Source: Promethearchaeum syntrophicum (lineage in GTDB: Archaea; Asgardarchaeota; Lokiarchaeia; Sigyniarchaeales; Promethearchaeaceae). Taken from it: a stretch of DNA of 32,000 nucleotides. Location: contig NZ_CP042905.2 of the NCBI RefSeq assembly GCF_008000775.2, forward strand, positions 900,001-932,000. Direction: 5' to 3'. The notes under the pieces are model-generated. The model did not search any database. It was not told the origin of the DNA and saw only the letters and a list, made by a program, of their open reading frames with translations. This document shows, piece by piece, positions 26,700 through 32,000 of this stretch. How positions within the stretch are numbered: position 1 is the first letter of the stretch; each line of letters begins with the position of its first letter. The position numbers and the translations under genes are program-made.

Positions 26700-27261
26700 T
26701 GGAGCACTTAGCACTCCGAAAGTATTAAATAATCTGCCGACAAAATAATAATTACCGCCAATCTACTCGTTGCAGGCGGATCCCAAGGGGACTGGAGAAC
26801 AATGTTCTTTTTATGTGACTCGGTTCGCCCGATCATATCGAAAAAAAATTTGTCATTCCTTTGCGTGAGATCCGAATTCCAAGACCATTCTTGGGATTTG
26901 AAGCTCGAGGTCACCCATCTTTCAAAGACTTTGGCTAACCTCCGTGAAAACTTACAGGGAAGATCCACAGAAAGCTTCTTTTCCAGGTGATCACGGGAGT
27001 GGTCATTTAATAAAATATTGTCACGCCTCACAGCATTGGATGCAGAGCCTTTTGGGATCTTTTTTGGCTTTGCATCCGCTTTGAGGGTCTGAACAGACCG
27101 TGTAAGGACCAATCCCTTGTGAGATCCGCGTGAAATGGTGTGATATTGGCGAAAATCCTTTCATTGGTAAAAAATCCGACCAAAAGAAAGAATTGAGAGC
27201 AATTGCAACGAACAATTGCTCTCGGTGATGGATTCAATCAACCTGAATCCAGTGAGTTACA
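26700..27261 (+). ncRNA. candidate structured non-coding RNA (bridge-RNA-like) in the IS110 left end
   Basis: There is no credible ORF on the transposase strand. Two perfect adjacent hairpins lie just upstream of the ATG: gagagcaattg/caattgctctc (27195-27205 / 27213-27223, 11 bp, 7-nt loop) and tggattca/tgaatcca (27229-27236 / 27244-27251, 8 bp, 7-nt loop). A weaker ccgcc/ggcgg stem lies at 26755-26779. The extent and the RNA identity are not established. Confidence 0.25.
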
Positions 27262-28797
27262 ATGAGTCATAATCCCTCAAAAAGCTTTAGGAAAAAAACA
27301 ACCCGTCGAAAATCCAGGAGAAGTTCTCAAGGATCTACTTCATCTGGTGCTGAAATTGAAATTGTCCGATATGGGGTCGGCTTAGATGTTCATAAGGAGA
27401 ACATTGTGGTGAGTGTCGCGGCCCAAACTGAGCAAAACTTGATTATTCAAATTCGAACCCATAAATTTCGAAATCAACCTCAAGGATTGCAGGAATTAAC
27501 CCAGTTCTTACAGAAATATCTTCCCGTTTCCCATTATTTAATGGAATGCACAGGCATATATCATCGACCTGTATATCACGCCTTGGAAGATGCATTTCCG
27601 AATTCAAAGACGAAAATTATTGCAATGAATCCATTATTGGTCCACCGTAAATTGACCGATTTGGGAAACAAACATGATAAAGCAGATGCTCAAGGCATGG
27701 CAGAACTTAGCTTCTACGATCGATTAATACGACCAAGTTATATCGGTACTCCCGAGTTTTTCCATTTGCGGGATACTCTGCGAAATTACAAGCATGCAAA
27801 GAAAGCAGCTAATAAATACGTGAATCGTATTCATCGAGTATTATGCAGTGTCAATTTCATGCATAAACTTAATCTTCATCATGAATGGGAATTACACTTG
27901 CTCGATTTTATGATTACAACTGAAGGTCCGATGAAACGGGCATTTAAAGCAATGGTAGAATCATCTCAGTTAGAAAAGCGATCAATCAGCAGCTTGATGA
28001 AACATCAAGATGATTATGTGCCTTATTTTAACATAGAACTTCCCAAAACTTCTCGGTTCAACTTGCGACAATTAGTCATCCAATATCTCCAAGCAGAAAC
28101 AAATGCTGCCCAATATTTATTGCAAACCGAAAAACAAATTCTTAAGGATGCTGAATTCGAATATTGGTACCTCCAACTTCTCCGAATTCCCTGTGTAGGG
28201 CAAGTTTCCGCCTTGCGTTTAATTACTGAATTAGGGGATTTTCGACGGTTTGTCAATTGGAAGGCTTTTGCTAAATATTGCGGAGTAGTTCCTGAAATAA
28301 AGGAAAGTGGAGGAACATTTACTCCCGGTCATATCAATCGGTTTACTAATACTCATCTTCGGACCGCCTTATCACAAATTGCCATGTTATATGTCAACGG
28401 TTATGCCAAGGGAAGCGACTTAGCTAAATTTGCTCATCGCCAGTATGTTTTAAGAGGACTTCCTTACAAGAAAGCCGTGATGCGAGTGGCTCAAAAACTC
28501 AGTCGCATTATATATCAAGTCCTAGTAAATAATGTTTCCTATGATGCGACTTTTGAACAAACCAAGGCGAAAATACAGCGATTGCAGCGCCGAAATACCA
28601 AACACGGTACAATGTTAGAATTTCCCCAAACTCGCAGTCTCCGTCGTGATATATCTCAACTTTTGGTTACCAACTCACAATATATGACCTCCAAAAGTCG
28701 CTTCTTCTTGATAAAGGGTTTCCAACAATTGATACGGAAGGCAAATGTAGTGGAACTGCAAGGGACTAAGGTGGATTCAAAAAAAAATAAGATTTAG
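27262..28797 (+). CDS. IS110-family transposase/recombinase (DEDD RuvC-like domain plus C-terminal Tnp domain)
   Basis: Motifs YGVGLDVHKENIVV (first Asp), LMECTGIYHRP (Glu), NKHDKADAQ, and C-terminal FAKYCGVVPEIKESGG (conserved Ser region) with NTHLRTAL. A basic ~35-aa N-terminal extension makes the protein long (511 aa) for this family. Confidence 0.88.
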   Translation: MSHNPSKSFRKKTTRRKSRRSSQGSTSSGAEIEIVRYGVGLDVHKENIVVSVAAQTEQNLIIQIRTHKFRNQPQGLQELTQFLQKYLPVSHYLMECTGIYHRPVYHALEDAFPNSKTKIIAMNPLLVHRKLTDLGNKHDKADAQGMAELSFYDRLIRPSYIGTPEFFHLRDTLRNYKHAKKAANKYVNRIHRVLCSVNFMHKLNLHHEWELHLLDFMITTEGPMKRAFKAMVESSQLEKRSISSLMKHQDDYVPYFNIELPKTSRFNLRQLVIQYLQAETNAAQYLLQTEKQILKDAEFEYWYLQLLRIPCVGQVSALRLITELGDFRRFVNWKAFAKYCGVVPEIKESGGTFTPGHINRFTNTHLRTALSQIAMLYVNGYAKGSDLAKFAHRQYVLRGLPYKKAVMRVAQKLSRIIYQVLVNNVSYDATFEQTKAKIQRLQRRNTKHGTMLEFPQTRSLRRDISQLLVTNSQYMTSKSRFFLIKGFQQLIRKANVVELQGTKVDSKKNKI

Positions 28798-28805
28798 TCT
28801 TTAAT

Positions 28806-28822
28806 GGGGGTCAACGACCCCC
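28806..28822 (+). terminator. perfect GC hairpin followed by T-runs at the IS right end
   Basis: gggggtc-aac-gaccccc (7 bp, 3-nt loop) lies 9 nt after the transposase stop and is followed by ttttttttc ttttttt. It could be a terminator or a right-end recombination structure. Confidence 0.4.
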
Positions 28823-28867
28823 AGGCTAAATTTTTTTTCTTTTTTTCCAAATAGTCACATTTTTTCT

Positions 28868-29584
28868 CTAAAAATTTAACAGATAGGGAATTATCGAATA
28901 CCCGGTCCAGAATAATGGAAGTAAATTCAATAGAAAATGGGGGATGAACGTGTAAATCATTTCATTTCCTTTTCGCCATACTACCAAATGTAGAAATCCA
29001 GAAATTGTAGTGAGTAGGATAAAAATAACTCCAATTAGCATAGATGAATCTACTGTATGAAGAAAATTGACCCAGTACATGGTGTGGATGGTTCCTACAA
29101 AGACCGAAAATAGAATCAGACCGATAAACCGAAATACCCAGTTTTTCTTTTTGTTCTCTTCAGTCCAAGGAAGATATAAATCCCATGATTCAAATAGATA
29201 GATCCAGAGAAGTTGTTCAGAAGCTGCATTAATTGTAGCCCAAACTAGTGCAGTTAAAATAATTCCTGATGTGTTTGGGTGTACATTTACAATTCGTGCA
29301 AAGTAAGCACAAATTAAGCTCATAAGGATAACTCCCACATTCATCAAGAAAGCTTTTGGATACTTAGTTTTTGGATTATTAAAATAACCAGTTGATCCAC
29401 GACGCCATTTACAAATTCCCCACGCTAATCCATAATAGAGAACCATAGGGATTAAAGCCCCAGTTTTCAAATATAGAAATTGGGCAATAAGGGGAAATAT
29501 AATTGAAATCACTGATGAGAGTCCTAAATCCAATGGTGTCGGTTTCCATGTCTTTATCATGATTAGATAAACGGAAAGAATCAT
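28868..29584 (-). CDS. polytopic membrane protein, weakly CPBP (CAAX-protease)-like
   Basis: 238 aa with about 7 TM segments. Possible degenerate CPBP motifs are ASEQLLW (for EExxxR), GTIHTMYW and IPHFLLN (HxxxN). The assignment is tentative. Confidence 0.55.
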   Translation of the reverse strand: MILSVYLIMIKTWKPTPLDLGLSSVISIIFPLIAQFLYLKTGALIPMVLYYGLAWGICKWRRGSTGYFNNPKTKYPKAFLMNVGVILMSLICAYFARIVNVHPNTSGIILTALVWATINAASEQLLWIYLFESWDLYLPWTEENKKKNWVFRFIGLILFSVFVGTIHTMYWVNFLHTVDSSMLIGVIFILLTTISGFLHLVVWRKGNEMIYTFIPHFLLNLLPLFWTGYSIIPYLLNF

Positions 29585-29729
29585 AATAATTTTTCTAGAA
29601 TATTTTCTTTCAATTTTGGATAAAAATGATAACGAAAATGGACAAATGTGCTATTTTCTATACAAAATGTCAAATGAAACACTACTATGAAATATTAAAT
29701 TTATTTGATAATTCAATGATATAAGAATA

Positions 29730-30491
29730 ATGAAAATAGTATCTTGGAATGTAAATGGGATAAATTCTTCATTAAAAAACAATTTAATCCCAATTCTCAA
29801 TAATTTGAATGCAGATATCATTTGCCTACAGGAAATTAAGGTATCAGAAAAAACAATCGATCCTCAAATAAAGGAGCTTTCAATTAATTATAAACAATAT
29901 TGGAACCAAGCAGAACGTAAAGGATACAGCGGTGTTATGACATTATCGAAAAAAAAACCTATTTCGGTAAAATTCGGTTCAGAAAATAATATTTTTGATA
30001 ATGAAGGACGATTAATTACCCTAGAATTCGATAATTTTTTTTTAATGAACGCATACATTCCAAATTCTGGGCGTGGATTACCTCGTTTACCTTTTAAACT
30101 AAAGTACAATAAAAATTTAATCAAATATATGAATACATTAAAAAAGAAAAAACATGTAATCCTATGTGGAGACCTTAATGTAGCTCATAAAGAAATTGAT
30201 ATAAAAAATCCAAAAACAAATAAAAAAAATGCTGGATTTACCCAAGAAGAAAGAGATTCTTTCAGTGAACTCCTAAATGAAGGTTATATAGATACATTCC
30301 GTGAATTTACAAAGGATGGGGGGCATTATACCTGGTGGAGTTACAGAAATAATGCCAGAGAAAGAAATATTGGATGGAGATTAGACTATTTTGTTATCGA
30401 TGAAAAATTCCTACCCAATTTAAAAAGTAGTGAAATTTTGCCAGATTTATTGGGGTCCGATCATTGCCCTATTGAATTAGTCATAAAATAG
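29730..30491 (+). CDS. xth: exodeoxyribonuclease III (Xth/APE1-family AP endonuclease)
   Basis: Motifs MKIVSWNVNGI, ICLQEIK, GYSGV, CGDLNVAH, NAGFTQEER, WWSYRNNARERNIGWRLDYF and GSDHCPIEL. Confidence 0.93.
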   Translation: MKIVSWNVNGINSSLKNNLIPILNNLNADIICLQEIKVSEKTIDPQIKELSINYKQYWNQAERKGYSGVMTLSKKKPISVKFGSENNIFDNEGRLITLEFDNFFLMNAYIPNSGRGLPRLPFKLKYNKNLIKYMNTLKKKKHVILCGDLNVAHKEIDIKNPKTNKKNAGFTQEERDSFSELLNEGYIDTFREFTKDGGHYTWWSYRNNARERNIGWRLDYFVIDEKFLPNLKSSEILPDLLGSDHCPIELVIK

Positions 30492-30541
30492 ATCAGTTTT
30501 TCTTTATTGAAATTAAAATAGATAATTGAGAATTGAGAACA

Positions 30542-32000
30542 ATGAGTAATGAAAAAAAAAAAATTATGCCAGATCTCATTAGAATTAAACTAAATTCTAA
30601 AAAGATTGAACGAGAAGTAGTAGATTCAGAACACCCCTTAAAATTCTATGCGGGTAGGGCTTTATCATCAAAAATTATTGCTGACGAAGTGCCTCCTTTA
30701 TCTGATCCTTTAGGTCCGGATAATAAAATGATTTTTGCTTGTGGATTTTTAAGTGGCACTACAGCCCCTAATTCAGGTAGAATTTCAATTGGGGCTAAAA
30801 GCCCTTTGACTAAAGGTATCAAAGAATCTAATGTTGGAGGAAGAACTCCTGCCTTGCTTGTTAGAAATAATATTCGAGCTTTGGTTCTTGAAGAACAATC
30901 TCCTGAATGGGTGATCATCAAAGTCTCAGATGGAAACGTTGAAATCCTTGATGGAAAGAAATACGTAGGTTTAAATAACTACAAACTTACCAAGACAATT
31001 TTAGATGAATATGGATCAAAAGTGGGTGCTTTTATGATTGCCACTGGAGGTGAACTTCAATTTGCAAATTCATCTGTAGCTTCAATTGATATGGAAGGTT
31101 ATCCATCTAGACATGCTGGAAGAGGAGGATTAGGTAGTGTTATGGGATCCAAAAAAGTTAAAGCTATTGTTGTTATTTCTCCATCCCAATCTTTAATGCA
31201 ATATGCTAATCAAGAAGCTTTCAAACCTGTTGCTAGCACTTGGTTTAAAGCACTAAATATCGCAAATAAAGAAACAAAACATGTATTTGGAACTCCTGGT
31301 TGTTTACTTGAGATGAATGAAATGCACGGACTACCTACTCAGAATTATCGGAGAGGACAATTTAAAGATGCTGAAAAAATTGGAGGGGAGGCAGTTCACG
31401 AATTAATTGTGAAAAATAAAGGAAAATATGGCCTTGCTTGCAGTCCCGGTTGTGCAATTCAATGTTCAAACATGATCCTTGATTCAGAGGGAACTCATAT
31501 CACATCCAGTTTTGAATATGAAACTATCGGTTTACTCGGATCCAATTTGTTAATCAGTGATCTTGAAAAAATTGCCCAGATGGATAAATTATGTGATGAT
31601 TTTGGAATTGACACCATTGAAACAGGGAGTTGCTTAGGAGTGCTGATGGATGCGGGAAAAATTGAATGGGGAGATGCTGATAGATGTATAGAACTAATCG
31701 AAGGTTTAAGGGAAAAAAAATCCGAAAGTCTGGATTTGGGTTTGGGAGTCTACGAACTTGGTATGAAATTAGGCCATTCGAGAATTCCTCACGTAAAGCA
31801 TCAAGCTTTTCCCTCATATGAACCTAGATCTTTAAAAGCACCTTCAATTACTTTTGTTACAGGTCCGATGGGGGCCGATCACACTGCAGGGGACGTATCC
31901 GGAGAAAATCCTAATAAATCTGAGGGAAAAGTGGCAATATCTAAAGAAAAACAGATTCATACGATGATTGTTGACTCATTTGGAATATGCTACTTTGTGG
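30542..32000 (+). CDS. aor: tungsten-containing aldehyde:ferredoxin oxidoreductase family protein, N-terminal ~486 aa (runs off the right edge)
   Basis: My manual translation from ATG 30542 stays open to the window end. It reads ...FYAGRALSSKIIADEVPPLSDPLGPDNKMIFACGFLSGTTAPNSGRISIGAKSPLT..., SRHAGRGGLGSVMGSKKVKAIVV, GTPGCLLEMNEMHGLPTQNYRRGQF, ACSPGCAIQCS (Fe-S Cys cluster) and VDSFGICYF. It is absent from the ORF track because it has no stop. The minus-strand ORFs 30646..30921 and 31554..31817 are shadows. Confidence 0.9.
   Translation, partial: MSNEKKKIMPDLIRIKLNSKKIEREVVDSEHPLKFYAGRALSSKIIADEVPPLSDPLGPDNKMIFACGFLSGTTAPNSGRISIGAKSPLTKGIKESNVGGRTPALLVRNNIRALVLEEQSPEWVIIKVSDGNVEILDGKKYVGLNNYKLTKTILDEYGSKVGAFMIATGGELQFANSSVASIDMEGYPSRHAGRGGLGSVMGSKKVKAIVVISPSQSLMQYANQEAFKPVASTWFKALNIANKETKHVFGTPGCLLEMNEMHGLPTQNYRRGQFKDAEKIGGEAVHELIVKNKGKYGLACSPGCAIQCSNMILDSEGTHITSSFEYETIGLLGSNLLISDLEKIAQMDKLCDDFGIDTIETGSCLGVLMDAGKIEWGDADRCIELIEGLREKKSESLDLGLGVYELGMKLGHSRIPHVKHQAFPSYEPRSLKAPSITFVTGPMGADHTAGDVSGENPNKSEGKVAISKEKQIHTMIVDSFGICYFV

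Larger units (their letters stand above)
26700..28830 (+). mobile_element. IS110-family insertion sequence (ends approximate; the left end could lie up to about 140 bp further left)
   Basis: The compositional shift is abrupt: 26/60 G+C at 27301-27360 versus 13/60 at 29761-29820. The element has a single DEDD-type transposase ORF, no obvious terminal inverted repeats (typical of IS110), a long non-coding left part, and a G5/C5 hairpin at the right end. Confidence 0.8.

Noticed and set aside
26708-27112. 134-aa minus-strand ORF (and the overlapping ORFs 27021..27215, 27028..27237 and 26802..26990) inside the IS110 left end
   Set aside because: The 134-aa ORF starts with TTG, and its only in-frame ATG is near the C-terminus. 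It has no recognisable motif and lies antisense in the part of IS110 elements that is normally non-coding. Its length is likely a by-product of the higher G+C, which yields fewer stop codons.

Overview
This is an AT-rich, gene-dense window that looks archaeal. The evidence is a tRNA-Asp(GUC) with a canonical bulge-helix-bulge intron and a genomically encoded CCA, a tungsten-type aldehyde:ferredoxin oxidoreductase, short or overlapping gene junctions, and TATA-like boxes close to start codons. Several proteins have eukaryote-like architectures: an Arf-like small GTPase, a P-loop-less Ras-like domain fused to a helical solenoid, and an LRR-TPR-Ser/Thr kinase. Together these suggest an Asgard/Lokiarchaeia-like host, which is inference only because no database search was possible. 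Housekeeping genes that I recognise from motifs are a gamma-carbonic-anhydrase-like LbH protein, a PhzF-family isomerase, GNAT, a tandem wHTH regulator, a HAD hydrolase, a bicupin, a Gfo/Idh/MocA oxidoreductase, a class I aminotransferase, homoserine dehydrogenase, exonuclease III and AOR. Two regions deserve a second look. (1) At 13029-16200, a 1.44-kb two-gene membrane-protein cassette is tandemly duplicated next to tRNA-Asp. Each copy is preceded by a decayed copy of the tRNA 3' exon, and the homology stops within 1 nt of the intron/3'-exon junction. (2) At about 26700-28830 there is a compositionally foreign IS110-family element. It has an unusually long structured non-coding stretch (about 560 nt) upstream of the DEDD transposase, which makes it a candidate bridge-RNA locus. 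No CRISPR array or rRNA was seen.
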